A DNA stretch of 64,000 bases from Sporopachydermia quercuum (taxonomy: Eukaryota): positions 62,001-126,000 of the forward strand of contig BCGN01000008.1 in the NCBI GenBank assembly GCA_001599295.1, given 5' to 3'. The notes beneath the pieces were generated by a model. That model saw only the letters and a list, made by a program, of their open reading frames with translations. It did no database searches and was not told where the DNA came from. Made by a program: the position numbers and the translations under genes. Shown here piece by piece: positions 23,165 through 34,745 of the stretch (positions within the stretch are counted from its first letter, which is position 1; every line of letters begins with the position of its first letter).

Positions 23165-26100
23165 TTAATCAATTAACTTGAATTCATCATAACCTGGTTC
23201 AGCAAAAGCGTCCATTTGATACAGAATATTATTCACCCACATTTCCTTCTCTTGTCTTGATCTACACAAAAAAACCATGGTCCGTCCTAAAATCCCCAGT
23301 CGATTAACCATCTTAACCAACGCTTTGTTATTGCTGCCCTCGCTATCTTTCTTATTACCACTATCGGGATTGACCGTGTAAATAGCTCGTTTCTTACCAA
23401 ACCAAAGACAAAAGGTTCTCATCGGTTCTTCTTCAACAGACTTCCATCCATCTTCATAAACTCTGGGCACAGCATGCTGTCCAGGATCCATCTTATCGAA
23501 CTGGAGATCTCTGTTCAATAGATCATTAGTTGTTGTGTATCCAGAGTATAAATAGCACTCTGATAATGGGATAGTAAGAACTCTTCTATAATCAATTAAC
23601 GCTTTTTGTGACCCTAAGAAATCTCTTCTGCAAGGCTCAAATAGTATAATAAACCCAGGACAAAGCACAGTATAGTATTTCTTGAAAGTACTATGTCTTC
23701 TTGATTTATAGAACAATAGACCTTTCATCAATATTGGTCTGTTATTTGATAATCCACTGACATTATGAATATAAGGATCAGCTATCCCACGAGCAGTTTC
23801 CCATTTTTCACTAGCTTCACCAATAACCGACTCTTGATACTCTTCAATGTGCAGTCTTGTTATGTTTTCATATCTTGTTTTGATGATTCGTTTGAGATCA
23901 TCTTTAATTCTCTGCCTCCAATACGTAACCAGATCGTTCAGTCTTCGAATCCATTCATTTCTTGTAACTTCACTACTGCATTGAAATCTCAGCTTATGAT
24001 CATTGTTGAGAATAACCTCAAACACAGTGTTATTATTAAATGTATCAACAGAACCATCAACGTCTTCCTCATTGGTTAAACCATCGGCATCATCTTCATC
24101 CTGTAAGTCAGAGAAATCCTGGGTTAACGAGCTATTCTTTGAAAACAGTTTCGATTTTGATACTGGTCTTCGGAGAAGAGAATCTTCCTGCACTGTGAAA
24201 TTAATACCATTATGTTTAGTACCAATAGTACTATCACTATCATCACGTTTTACACATCTGACTTCTTTGACGAGTGCTAAATCAATAATTCCACGAGTTC
24301 TCACTGCCATTGTAATCCTTCTTTGCATTTCTGCCATTGCATTAGCATCCTTTTCTAAGAATTCTTGCTTACTGACTGTTTCATTCAACCATTCAATATG
24401 ACCATGCTCATCAAGTTTATATGGTTGCAATTCATATATCAATGGTAAGTTTTTGATTATTTTCGTTTTCTTCCTCATGTCCAGCTTAACAATAGTTGCT
24501 AACTCAGGAAATGCAGGAACACACAGCAAAGGATCGCAGAAGCATAGTAAATTTTCGATAGTATAAAAATATGATACTTTATAAAACAGCCTTCCTAGAT
24601 ATTTTGATTCTTGTTCCCCATTTTTGAATGTCAATCTCGCAAGGAATCCTTCAACCGGTATAGGTTCTTCATGTAAATAGCTCTGAGCTTCTTCAAAATA
24701 GCTATCAGTAGCATTGGATTCTGCAAGAGATGAAGAAGAAATATTGGTAGGATGTAAAAATGATGATCTGGCATTAGAATTATCAATAAGTTCATCACTA
24801 GAACGGTTACGACCAGAATTGATATTAGAATCCTTTTTGTGGCCAGGTCCAACAGCAAAACCTTTATCCTCCTCTTTAAATTCTCTTTCTCTTAATTCAA
24901 TCTTCGGTAAGAGAAATCTAGCATACTGTTTCATAGGCCGCAATTCAAGATCATGAGTAAAATGCATAGACCATCCACCGTATATATATCTATGATTTTC
25001 AGCAGCAATCCATTCTATACGATCATATCTTCTCCATCCCAAACCTAAGGTATCATTTGCTTTCCAGCTATCAACAGTTGTTCTGAATTCAGGCACTTGA
25101 TTCAAATTCTCAAGCATTGTATCAATTAGAAATTTAAATAATGGTGTACTTGCCAACCATTCGTATCCATAATTCATCTTTTTCATAACTAGCGATGTAT
25201 TGAACTCACTATCTTTGGCAAGCATTTGCTTAAGAAGCTTCGGTGTTAAATAAATATCAAAGGATACGTCTAAATCAGGGACACGTACTTTCAGCAAATT
25301 TCCTGATTTAACGCCAGTTTTAAGACTTAGAAATCCAAACCATCTAATTGCTGATGAATTGGATTTACATAATAAAATGAAAATGTAAGTCCCTTTATCT
25401 AAACCTTTGGCCTTCTTGGAAGAGTTATCCTTTTTATTTTTATAATAATTCGTACCATCATCACCATTGTCATTCCTTATATCACGTTCGTTCCAAATAG
25501 CAATTGATTTATGCAAGCTGTTATAAAAATTGAGACGGGTCAGCTTTTTAATGATTTTTATGCTCATTTCAACTTTGCCGTTTTCCAAATCTTCAATACG
25601 CTTGACATCACGATGTTTGAGGAATTCTAGAATAACTGGAGCTTTGATATCACCAGTAGATCTTGCGACAACCAAGTATTCTTTCCAGCGTTCAACAACC
25701 CGGGTGTCGATCGTCTCAATATCATTGAATCCTACAGGAATGTATCCTTCTTCAGTATATTTAACTAGGATGAGCATTTTATCCATACGAATGATACTAC
25801 CCGGAGGGTATTTTGAAGTCCAACGATAGAATCTCCGTCGTTCTTTCACTGTAGAGTCATGTTTGATATCGTCTTTGGTTCCATGAGCAAATTTGCGAAC
25901 CTTATTCATCATCTTATGATGTAATCTTTCTCTTGGAGTTATTGGAATTTGAGGTGCTGCTTCAGGCATTGGCACAGGGTTCACTGATTGTAGTGTATCA
26001 AGAAAACCTTTTGTTTTTGATTTTGTCTTTGATGATTCTTCAAAACGGATTTTCTGGTCTGGTGATTCACTTATACTTACTTTCTTGCCACGAGATGCAG

Positions 26101-28831
26101 CGGCTGAACTAGCACTAATGGGTCCATTATGAGTAACAATTGGATTATCAGTATTCGTTGGTATATCACCAATAACATAATTCTTATTCTTTGCGTTGCT
26201 GCTAATAAGGCTGTTGTTACCCTCATCATCATCGTCGCTATCACAATTATAGTCATTTTCAATATCACTAGCAGTAGTTAGTTGATCATCTTCATTCTGA
26301 TTGGAGAAAGAAACACTATGAGAAGGATGTATTTTCGAAAACTTCACTTTATCCAATGGAGATGTTTCAATGGTAGTTGTAGTCGTCACATCAACTAATG
26401 AATCGGATGTTCTGGTACTAGTATTGCTATTATTACTATTACTATTAGTACTAGCATTACTATGATTACTGTGATTACTAGACGACTGTAATGATTTATT
26501 TGATTTCTTCAACGGTTTGAATGTAGGATAAAACGAGCTGCTTTCTTCATTCTCATTCTTGTAACTAGTATTATCACTGTCATAATTATTACCATTCTGA
26601 TGAGAATGTATAGTGCTATTGTTAGAAACACTAGGAGTAACTGTTTCAACTGATTCGTTGGATGAAAGACTTTGATTCGCAGAATAATAACTGGCACTGC
26701 TAATAGTGCTAGCAGTACTCATTGCAGTTCTAACATCAGCTAGACTTTCATTCTCATGTTGAGGGCTTTGTAGAGGTTCAGGTTTTGCATCAGTATTTGT
26801 AGTATTGTTAATGTCTTTATGCTTCTTGATAGGAAAAAAATGGCTATTAGCATTACTAGAAGTCTCAGTAGTATCAAGACTTCCGCCACTCCCATCAGAT
26901 TCATTATTATAGTTAATAGAAGCTGCATTATCATCGCCGTGAAAACTATCAGAACATTTTGGGTCTTTCAAATCATCATTGCTGTTGCTGAGATAATCAA
27001 ATAGCTGACCCTTTGGTGACGGTCTCTTCAATATTCCTTCATTTTCAATACTAGGATCATTGTCGTAGAAGTTGGCACCTTTTACATTCACCTTCTGGGT
27101 ATTCTTCAATATCCCTTTCAGTTTCTTCTCTCTTTTGCCATTATTGGCTGAATAATTAATATTAGGATTGTTCTCATTTCTTTGTGTATTCTCATTCAAA
27201 CGTCTACTCAAAATCTGCCTTGCTTTGGCTTTGTGATTCTTCAAATCTATTTTTATATGATTTGCAGCAGATTTCATTTTCTCTTTGCCTTTTCCTTTTT
27301 CTTTACCTGTTCCTTGTTCGATGGCTTTAATATTGAATCTTGGTTTTGATTTGGATTTCCGATTATGAAGTCCATCGAGTGCTGATGCCAATTGAGTATT
27401 GTTCTTGAGATCATCGTCTTCCAATTCTTGAATCAAATCAATGACTTCTTCTGGTTCTTTGTTCGGATCGTCATTTGCTTCTTCTAAATATTGTCTTATT
27501 CCTGTCGTTGCGTCTATTGATACATGATGGGCATTATTATTATTCTTATTCGATGACCCTTGAGTGCTGGAAGGGCTAATGCGGGATTCAGGATGAATGT
27601 GCTGAGATGCTTCATTATCGACATTAAATTCATTTGTTGGATTTTTATCATTCGATGACTTATTATGTAATGCATTAGTTGATACAATAGAAGAGTGCAA
27701 ATAAGTTCTTGCGGTTGAGTCATCTTGATCACAAAAATCTGTCGAATAATAGTCATTTCTTCCACTTGAATGACCATCACCAAATTCACCATCTGAACCA
27801 ATTGATAAAACATCTCTAAATCTATCAACATGATCATTATCACCATGACTTTTATTTTTTCTTTCATTATTTGCTAGTCTATTTTCTTCAACACTATGAT
27901 GTCTATTCCCATAATAATTATTATTACTTTCATAATCATCATCGTCATAGTCATCATCACTTACTTGTAATTCATTGAAGTCCTGTTGATTTTCACTCCA
28001 GCTTAGTACATCGTGTATTAATTCACGACGCTTTCGATCAAACCTTCTCTTAATATTAAACCTTGCGTGCATCATTTTTTTTCTCGATGCTTCTTGCATT
28101 TTCACCAAATCAGCAAATTGATCCTTAGCATAAGCTGATTGCTTTATATCTGAATTTCTGAAAGCACTACGGAATAAAGTACTAGAAGCAACGATTGATG
28201 ACTCCATTTTCCTTCTTTGCAGAGCTTTCATTAAAGTCTCAATAAATCCAACTGACTTGATCTTCAGCCATGAATTAGGTGTTGGCCCAATAAATATTAC
28301 CCTAGAACTGTTGTCCATATCATAAGGAGTACTGTATGCAAGACGATAAGCTGTAAAAGAGGGTTTTGGTACTTTAAGGTATATTTCCTTATCATGATAA
28401 TTTGGGATGGAGTCATTTCTAATATCATGATGGAAATCTCCAAACCTCGAATTTCGTCCCCCTAGTAAGTCACCTTTTAACGAACTGTCAATAGAATTGT
28501 TATCATCGTCTATTAGTATATCATGCGAGCGAATGCCACTTTCACTTTTCTCTTCATTTATACGTTCAGATTCGCCAATTTGACTCCCATTGTTATCATA
28601 CTCATCACTTCGACCCTTGTTTTTCCTTTTCACGCTTTGATACTTTAAGTCTTTATTATTCTCATAATCTCCAATCACTTCTTCCTGATTGTCTCTGTAA
28701 TTTGCTATGTGCTGATCAGCATAGTCAATATTCCTACCTTGTACCTCGACCATAGTCACAACAGGTCTACAATCAGCAGAAGCCACAATTGATTCAATAA
28801 ACCTATTATTTCCTTCTTCTTGATCATTCAT
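23165..28831 (-). CDS. SPO71: Prospore membrane adaptor Spo71 (PH domains)
   Basis: PSFTAYRL...VFIGPTP.SW, IIRMDKML, ERWKEYLVVARST, WRRYDRIEW, HDLELRP, EPIPVEGFL, GLLFYKSRRHSTFKKY, RVYEDGWKS.EEE..RTFCLWFG, MVFLCRSRQEKEMWV. Confidence 0.9.
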   Translation of the reverse strand: MNDQEEGNNRFIESIVASADCRPVVTMVEVQGRNIDYADQHIANYRDNQEEVIGDYENNKDLKYQSVKRKNKGRSDEYDNNGSQIGESERINEEKSESGIRSHDILIDDDNNSIDSSLKGDLLGGRNSRFGDFHHDIRNDSIPNYHDKEIYLKVPKPSFTAYRLAYSTPYDMDNSSRVIFIGPTPNSWLKIKSVGFIETLMKALQRRKMESSIVASSTLFRSAFRNSDIKQSAYAKDQFADLVKMQEASRKKMMHARFNIKRRFDRKRRELIHDVLSWSENQQDFNELQVSDDDYDDDDYESNNNYYGNRHHSVEENRLANNERKNKSHGDNDHVDRFRDVLSIGSDGEFGDGHSSGRNDYYSTDFCDQDDSTARTYLHSSIVSTNALHNKSSNDKNPTNEFNVDNEASQHIHPESRISPSSTQGSSNKNNNNAHHVSIDATTGIRQYLEEANDDPNKEPEEVIDLIQELEDDDLKNNTQLASALDGLHNRKSKSKPRFNIKAIEQGTGKEKGKGKEKMKSAANHIKIDLKNHKAKARQILSRRLNENTQRNENNPNINYSANNGKREKKLKGILKNTQKVNVKGANFYDNDPSIENEGILKRPSPKGQLFDYLSNSNDDLKDPKCSDSFHGDDNAASINYNNESDGSGGSLDTTETSSNANSHFFPIKKHKDINNTTNTDAKPEPLQSPQHENESLADVRTAMSTASTISSASYYSANQSLSSNESVETVTPSVSNNSTIHSHQNGNNYDSDNTSYKNENEESSSFYPTFKPLKKSNKSLQSSSNHSNHSNASTNSNSNNSNTSTRTSDSLVDVTTTTTIETSPLDKVKFSKIHPSHSVSFSNQNEDDQLTTASDIENDYNCDSDDDDEGNNSLISSNAKNKNYVIGDIPTNTDNPIVTHNGPISASSAAASRGKKVSISESPDQKIRFEESSKTKSKTKGFLDTLQSVNPVPMPEAAPQIPITPRERLHHKMMNKVRKFAHGTKDDIKHDSTVKERRRFYRWTSKYPPGSIIRMDKMLILVKYTEEGYIPVGFNDIETIDTRVVERWKEYLVVARSTGDIKAPVILEFLKHRDVKRIEDLENGKVEMSIKIIKKLTRLNFYNSLHKSIAIWNERDIRNDNGDDGTNYYKNKKDNSSKKAKGLDKGTYIFILLCKSNSSAIRWFGFLSLKTGVKSGNLLKVRVPDLDVSFDIYLTPKLLKQMLAKDSEFNTSLVMKKMNYGYEWLASTPLFKFLIDTMLENLNQVPEFRTTVDSWKANDTLGLGWRRYDRIEWIAAENHRYIYGGWSMHFTHDLELRPMKQYARFLLPKIELREREFKEEDKGFAVGPGHKKDSNINSGRNRSSDELIDNSNARSSFLHPTNISSSSLAESNATDSYFEEAQSYLHEEPIPVEGFLARLTFKNGEQESKYLGRLFYKVSYFYTIENLLCFCDPLLCVPAFPELATIVKLDMRKKTKIIKNLPLIYELQPYKLDEHGHIEWLNETVSKQEFLEKDANAMAEMQRRITMAVRTRGIIDLALVKEVRCVKRDDSDSTIGTKHNGINFTVQEDSLLRRPVSKSKLFSKNSSLTQDFSDLQDEDDADGLTNEEDVDGSVDTFNNNTVFEVILNNDHKLRFQCSSEVTRNEWIRRLNDLVTYWRQRIKDDLKRIIKTRYENITRLHIEEYQESVIGEASEKWETARGIADPYIHNVSGLSNNRPILMKGLLFYKSRRHSTFKKYYTVLCPGFIILFEPCRRDFLGSQKALIDYRRVLTIPLSECYLYSGYTTTNDLLNRDLQFDKMDPGQHAVPRVYEDGWKSVEEEPMRTFCLWFGKKRAIYTVNPDSGNKKDSEGSNNKALVKMVNRLGILGRTMVFLCRSRQEKEMWVNNILYQMDAFAEPGYDEFKLID

Positions 28832-30151
28832 ACTATAATAGATCTATCAAAGGAAGAATAAAGATAACAATAATTATAAAAATAAGAATGAAAAGATAAA
28901 CAAATATAAATATGAATGAGTTAACAATATTCACCCAAAATGTGATGTATGTTGAATGCATAGATTGTATACATTTACCTGTGCCAAGCTACTTTTGGGT
29001 ATTCATACATTACCGCCTCGATCATGGGAATTGGTTAGACTACTTGTTGGTTTTACTTGTTGATGAAACGAATAGTCAAACGCACGGCTGGTGGGATGCA
29101 TTTGTTTCTAACGAGACAAATAGATAGTATGTGAAGAGAATATAGTTGATGGATTAAATGTTTGGCTAGAAAGTGATAGATAAGCTGATCATGAGGAATA
29201 GCAAGGAACAACACATCTGTGAGTTTGACTGAGAATTATTGTGATGAGATTAGTTAACTGAGGTCATAGTATGGGGAAAAGATAAGGTTCAAGGTTTATG
29301 CAGATGGTGCAAGACGAAATAGCTCAGAGAGTGGAGAGATTCAGGTAGATTGGAAGGGTATAGAAAAGGCTGTATAATTTGTTTTATTTTACTAGAACGT
29401 AAATGGTTTCAAAATGCTATTAAGGGAAGAAGTTTCTGATTGACGAAATAAAGGAATTGGTATTCTTTCTGATGGTGCAAAATTGAGAGAAAGGATGTAT
29501 ATCAAATAAGCTTTTAAGTTGTCTGCATGAAAGGTATAAGTGCAGAAGCTTGACTTTGCTGACATAAACTCAAAAAAAGAAAAAAAGTGGCATATACTTG
29601 ATAGTTTGTAGTTGTTCATTTGTTCGTTCCTTTGAATGGCTTAATGTAAGGTTTTGTCCTACGTATTTTGATAAGAAAAAGTCGATTTTACGAATTTTGA
29701 AACCTTTGGGATGCTTTAGACTCTTTCTGATTGAAATGTACTTTGATCTTGTTGGTAAATGCATATAGCAGCATATTAGTGTTGCACAACTATGCAGTAT
29801 TATGCATATATGCCTCTCACTTAAACGTAAATCTTCATTCAAGAGAATAGCTTTCAAACAATCTATTAAAAGAACTTATACAACTAGACAAATCAACGGT
29901 TAATAAGTAACCCTCTCAACTTACCATTGAGAATAATGTGTCAACTGATGCAAACCCTCCATTCCTTCTGTTCAACCTTTGATTCTCCAATTATCTTCCA
30001 AACCTGTCCAAGACCTATTAACCAAAAACAGAGCATCAAATAGAAATTCAATGATATAATATGCTTCCCAAATGCTCCTCTTTCTCCTCCTCTATGTACA
30101 AACTTTCCAGGATTAATCTAACCGTGATTCTATCAACCAATCTATCCTGTT

Positions 30152-31333
30152 CTATGACTCTTTATAATGATCAGTTAACTCAATTCTGTCTCCTTGATCG
30201 TCTACCAATGAATTAAAATAAGATTTCTGAACTTTGTCCCATTCATCATGCAGACGACCATATATCTTTTTCATAAGCTTCTGAAAGTTATCGCTACTAT
30301 CGTATTCAATAATACCATTCCCACTGATAACTGATTTTGATCCCCTAATATCATTAGCTGTTGAAACCTCCTTTGACGCTTTTGCCATAGTTTTAGCGGG
30401 CTCAATACCTAAAGTAAGATCGTTGAGACTTTCATCAACTCTTCCAGAAACTATTTTCCTTGACTCTCTCTGTGTTGACCTTCCTTTGAAGCAAGACAGA
30501 AATAGTTTTGGAATCTGAACAACAGCAACAAATTTCTCATTCTTTAGTTTCCTATACCCAACAATTTGTATTTTTTCATCAAGACCATAATCTGTTACTT
30601 CACTATCTTTCTCAACAAACTGTTTGATCAAATCAAGCTTCAACCTTTGGGATAGCTTCATCAAGGGGATTTCCTCGATATTAGGATAGTCAACGTATGC
30701 ATCATATGCTTTTTTGTTGCTCCATCCAGATGTACTTCTAGCTTTTTTACCACCAATTAAGCCTTGTCTACTCTCTACTTCTTTGGTATTAAAATTTCCA
30801 TCAACACCTGCTAGATCTTTTGGACCTTTCAGTTTAAACACTTCATCCATTTGCTTTAGAGCACTTACTATATCCTGAATATCACCAGCGGATTCATTAG
30901 TTATTTCTTTCCTATTATTTCCATTCACTATATCTGCATTAACCAATTCCTCACCAAATGTATCATCTAAAAACTCAACCACATCAAAATCTGGCCTCCG
31001 TTTATTAGCATCAACTTCCAAAAGAGTTTGAGTATTCCTTGCTGACAAAACCACAGTTTTATACTTATTCATTTCCCCATCACAATCCTCAACAGGAATT
31101 ATCAGAATTCTGTGGGTACGATATGCTATGTTGTTTGACCAAATTCTATTGACTCTTCTTACCCTATCTAGTGTCACATTGTACTCTATGCAAATACCTT
31201 GTAACGTTTCATCGTGTGTCATAACATGAGCATAAACCTGTATCAGCGCTTCAATTTCTGCACTTTTAGTTTTAGCTATTATCTCCGAGTTTCGGTTGCT
31301 TCTTTTATGAAGCTGTTGTGAAGAATGATCCAT
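30152..31333 (-). CDS. Intracellular LysM-domain protein
   Basis: LysM-like HVMTHDETLQGICIEYNVTLDRVRRVNRIWSNN...ILIIPVEDC near the N-terminus. No signal peptide. First ATG is at 31333 (the ORF track starts at an upstream GTG). Confidence 0.7.
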   Translation of the reverse strand: MDHSSQQLHKRSNRNSEIIAKTKSAEIEALIQVYAHVMTHDETLQGICIEYNVTLDRVRRVNRIWSNNIAYRTHRILIIPVEDCDGEMNKYKTVVLSARNTQTLLEVDANKRRPDFDVVEFLDDTFGEELVNADIVNGNNRKEITNESAGDIQDIVSALKQMDEVFKLKGPKDLAGVDGNFNTKEVESRQGLIGGKKARSTSGWSNKKAYDAYVDYPNIEEIPLMKLSQRLKLDLIKQFVEKDSEVTDYGLDEKIQIVGYRKLKNEKFVAVVQIPKLFLSCFKGRSTQRESRKIVSGRVDESLNDLTLGIEPAKTMAKASKEVSTANDIRGSKSVISGNGIIEYDSSDNFQKLMKKIYGRLHDEWDKVQKSYFNSLVDDQGDRIELTDHYKES

Positions 31334-32060
31334 AACTATCACTATAGTACCTGATTATGTATCCGATGGGTGTTATCGATCTATGGCTTCATGTGACCAA
31401 ATCATTGCGTGTTACCTTATTGTAACAAGATCCGTATTATAGTATGATTGACTGATAAAATCTTGTATCATTCAACGAAACTTCTATGCTTTAGAGCAGA
31501 CCATTTGACTAATGGCCGATCGTAAATCTCTTGAGCAGTATGCAGCGATAAGGAGATAAGAGCGAGTGGTGAGGAATACAAACAATAATGTTTTCTAGAT
31601 TACGGATATCGGATAACTTTACATGATGCCAATAATAATAACGGAAATCAAAGTAAATTAATGATTACGTAATAACTTCTAGAGCTTGAGTTCTTTACGC
31701 TGAAGAAAAAGAGTATCTAGGATGAGACAATATTCATATGATTCGAGATATGTCATAAATGCATTTATTTTTCATTAATTTACTTGATGTAATTGATTTG
31801 TTTTAGTTTATACAGGGAGCTCCTAAGTTGTGATTTTTGGACATATGGAGAACTTGAATTTCCACATAGTAAACACTCATTTGATGGTGCAAGCGAGTGT
31901 CCTATCTGTCATAATGGCAGGGCCATACTAAGCTATCGATATCATATTGTCGTTATGTTTCATTTATCAATTCAGATCTCTTCTTACTCTAAAGTTTCAT
32001 AAATCAATCATGTCTTCTAAGCGTTTTATCCTTAGTATACAAACCTTTCAAGCCAAACTT

Positions 32061-34745
32061 TCAGTCATCAGTACCTCGTTCAGTAAGCATCTTCAAAATC
32101 CTAAAATTCTTCTTCTTCAGCTTTGTCTCTATTTTCTTCAAGAGTTCCTGATCCTCAACCTTCAAATTCTGTTGAGCTATACTTTTCTTCAATGTATCTA
32201 GTATATCAACAGGGAAACCAACAGCCTGTAACGCTTCATCACGAGTTCTTGCCCAACTTTGAGCAATGTCCTTCATGGACATACCAATCTGACTCATTTT
32301 ATCTAAAACCCATTGAAATGTTTTACTATCTTTTTCCCTGATGGCAGCATCACCAATAGTTCGAAGACAGATCATTACTCTCGTTTCATTCAAAGGTAAA
32401 ATCACATTGTCAAGTAATAGATAGTTGATAGAATTTACCTTGACGCTGCTGTCACTACTATCACGTTCATCTGAAGCTTCTCGCTCGCATCGATACTTCT
32501 TATACATGTCAATTGTTAGAAGATCTCTACTTATATCTTGATATAAGTCTCTACTGTTGTATTCACCACTCGGTTTTAAATAATGAAACTCTGATCTTAT
32601 ATAAACCTCTTTAGCAGCTTTTGCCCCTTCTTGATGAGCTATGTTCTTTAAACAGATAGCGGACAAATAATTCCAGCTTCTATCCATTGGATTAACTCCT
32701 TTATGTATTAACTGTAAAAGCTCATCAATGATCTCTCGTCTATCAGCTTTAGAGAACTCTCCATCAATATTATTTCCTGATTGCCATTCTGCTGCTAATG
32801 ATCTATTAATAATAGAGACGTATCCTTGTTTAGCAATCGATGGATTAAGATTTTCAGCTAATTTCAAGGCTCGGCCGAACTTATTCTGCCTTAAAGAAGC
32901 TAGAACAATCATATTGAATTCAACAGCAGTAATAGTTTCATCTCTTCGGAAGATCTCTTCCAACACTTTCTCAGCGCCCGCTGAGTCATCAAAAGAGAGA
33001 TGTAAATGCAATAAAGCGCTAAGAACTTTTCTATCAACAGGCTGTGTTAATTGTGCACATACGATCCCAGCTAGTTCTGAATTGCCTGTTCTTGCACAAT
33101 GATTTAACAATGTTATTGCCAACGAGGTATCTTTGTAAGCACTATGAGGTATTCTATTGATGATGGATTCGGCAGCAGCACGATATGATCTGAACTTGGA
33201 AAATTCCCGTATCAGCATTGAAAGGATTTGCGTGCTATGTTGTGTGATATCAGGATAACAGTTCATAATCTTTGACCATACATCATACATTGCAGGTATA
33301 TTATTATGATGACAATTTTTAATCAGCAGGCTATAGACCTCTTGTATGGGTAAATTAGATAGCTTTTTTTTCCTAATGGTTTCTTCAATTATCTGGAAAA
33401 CGTCATTAGCACTTCTTGGTATTCTAGTCGAATCAGTTACATCTAATGCATAATTCAGTATATGTTTCTGTTGCTCTTTTGTTAAAGGAACGTCTATCCC
33501 AGCTTTAGGGAAGTTGATTAATGCTCTGACTTGTTTCTCATCAAACTTGGGATTGAAAATCATCAAACTGTCTATAATATATGAACATAGCTCTTGGTCG
33601 AAGAGATTCAATTTGATGAGATAAATAGACAGATCTGAAACTAGTACTGATTGTTTCAAAGCAATACCAGAAAGTATTATAATCGCCGATATAATTTTAG
33701 CATCACTGCTTTCATTACGAATAGCTGCTAGGGTGTTGAATGAGATATCTTGAAATGTATACCCTGCTATTGTTGGATAATGTCTCGTCACGATTTTGAT
33801 CACTGAACTATGAATATACCCTTTCTCTGCCATTTCTGATAAACAATACACTGCTTCACAGTTTCTTTGTATGAATTCAGCTTTCTCAGTCTCAAGGCGA
33901 CTATTAATAACCATTCTCGTTAATGCGACAAGAATGTATTTTTGGACACCCACATTGTGAGGAAACATTGCTAATAAACAATGGAACAAAAAAGTAGCTT
34001 CTGTCCTATAACCCTCCTGAAATAAAGATGCTAATATGTTTCTTTCCAATGATCTACCAAAATTATCGACCTTTCTAAATATGGGTAATAAAGTCCTTCT
34101 TAATTCAAAGTAGTTCAGATTTCGCAGTACAGTTTTACTTTGAGCAGGGAACATTGATCTTTCAGTTTGTTGTGGAGCGAAAAGATTAACATCAATATTA
34201 TTCTTTTTATACTCTGTCGTTTGAATATGTCGCAATTGTTGTAATATATCATGGGTTATCATACCCTGTTGATAGTCAATAGTATTCCATTTTTTCAGTA
34301 ATAGAGGGTAAGGTGATGAATCTTTTGGTTCACTTGTTGAATCACTTGCGGTGTCGATATTAGCCTCATTATTTTCCTTCTGTTCCAGTTCCTTCTGGAT
34401 ATCACCAATGACTTCCACTATTATTTGCTCTTCTAAGCCTTTCATTAAAAAAGGATTCTTTTGCTTCCCAGTAGTATTGGCACTGTTACTAACATCTGCG
34501 GTATCCAACATCCTCCCAGATATATCCTCTATGCTATCTGGTTTATCACCTATTGTCCATCCTTTTCTTATACTAATATACTTCTCGTTACGGACAACCT
34601 TCGATTGACTGAAAGTCCTTGTAGCCATATTAAATCTGGTGTATAAATCTCTCATCATGTGTTCTCTGACTGTGTAGTTACTCTGACTTCTCCAGGGCTT
34701 ATGCTGCCCATTGACAAAGCACGTTTGCTTCACAAACCTTCTCAT
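32061..34745 (-). CDS. Mitochondrial helical-repeat (PPR-like) protein; CBP1 candidate by synteny
   Basis: Basic N-terminus (MRRFVKQ...ATRTFSQSK). PPR-like repeats AITLLNHCARTGNSELA, VLSALLHLHLSFDDSAGAEKVLEEI, VEFNMIVLASLRQNKFGRALKLAENL. The orthology call is inference only. Confidence 0.6.
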   Translation of the reverse strand: MRRFVKQTCFVNGQHKPWRSQSNYTVREHMMRDLYTRFNMATRTFSQSKVVRNEKYISIRKGWTIGDKPDSIEDISGRMLDTADVSNSANTTGKQKNPFLMKGLEEQIIVEVIGDIQKELEQKENNEANIDTASDSTSEPKDSSPYPLLLKKWNTIDYQQGMITHDILQQLRHIQTTEYKKNNIDVNLFAPQQTERSMFPAQSKTVLRNLNYFELRRTLLPIFRKVDNFGRSLERNILASLFQEGYRTEATFLFHCLLAMFPHNVGVQKYILVALTRMVINSRLETEKAEFIQRNCEAVYCLSEMAEKGYIHSSVIKIVTRHYPTIAGYTFQDISFNTLAAIRNESSDAKIISAIIILSGIALKQSVLVSDLSIYLIKLNLFDQELCSYIIDSLMIFNPKFDEKQVRALINFPKAGIDVPLTKEQQKHILNYALDVTDSTRIPRSANDVFQIIEETIRKKKLSNLPIQEVYSLLIKNCHHNNIPAMYDVWSKIMNCYPDITQHSTQILSMLIREFSKFRSYRAAAESIINRIPHSAYKDTSLAITLLNHCARTGNSELAGIVCAQLTQPVDRKVLSALLHLHLSFDDSAGAEKVLEEIFRRDETITAVEFNMIVLASLRQNKFGRALKLAENLNPSIAKQGYVSIINRSLAAEWQSGNNIDGEFSKADRREIIDELLQLIHKGVNPMDRSWNYLSAICLKNIAHQEGAKAAKEVYIRSEFHYLKPSGEYNSRDLYQDISRDLLTIDMYKKYRCEREASDERDSSDSSVKVNSINYLLLDNVILPLNETRVMICLRTIGDAAIREKDSKTFQWVLDKMSQIGMSMKDIAQSWARTRDEALQAVGFPVDILDTLKKSIAQQNLKVEDQELLKKIETKLKKKNFRILKMLTERGTDD

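Noticed and set aside
23765..27867. Many short overlapping or antisense ORFs inside SPO71 (similarly within RCY1, ACO2, PEX2, TMN3 and the PPR gene)
   Set aside because: Shadow ORFs of long real genes with no independent motifs.
28833..29010. Possible upstream exon and intron for SPO71 (MYEYPKVAWHS, donor GTAAAT)
   Set aside because: Weak donor, no branch point near the acceptor, and a nearer AG would have to be skipped.
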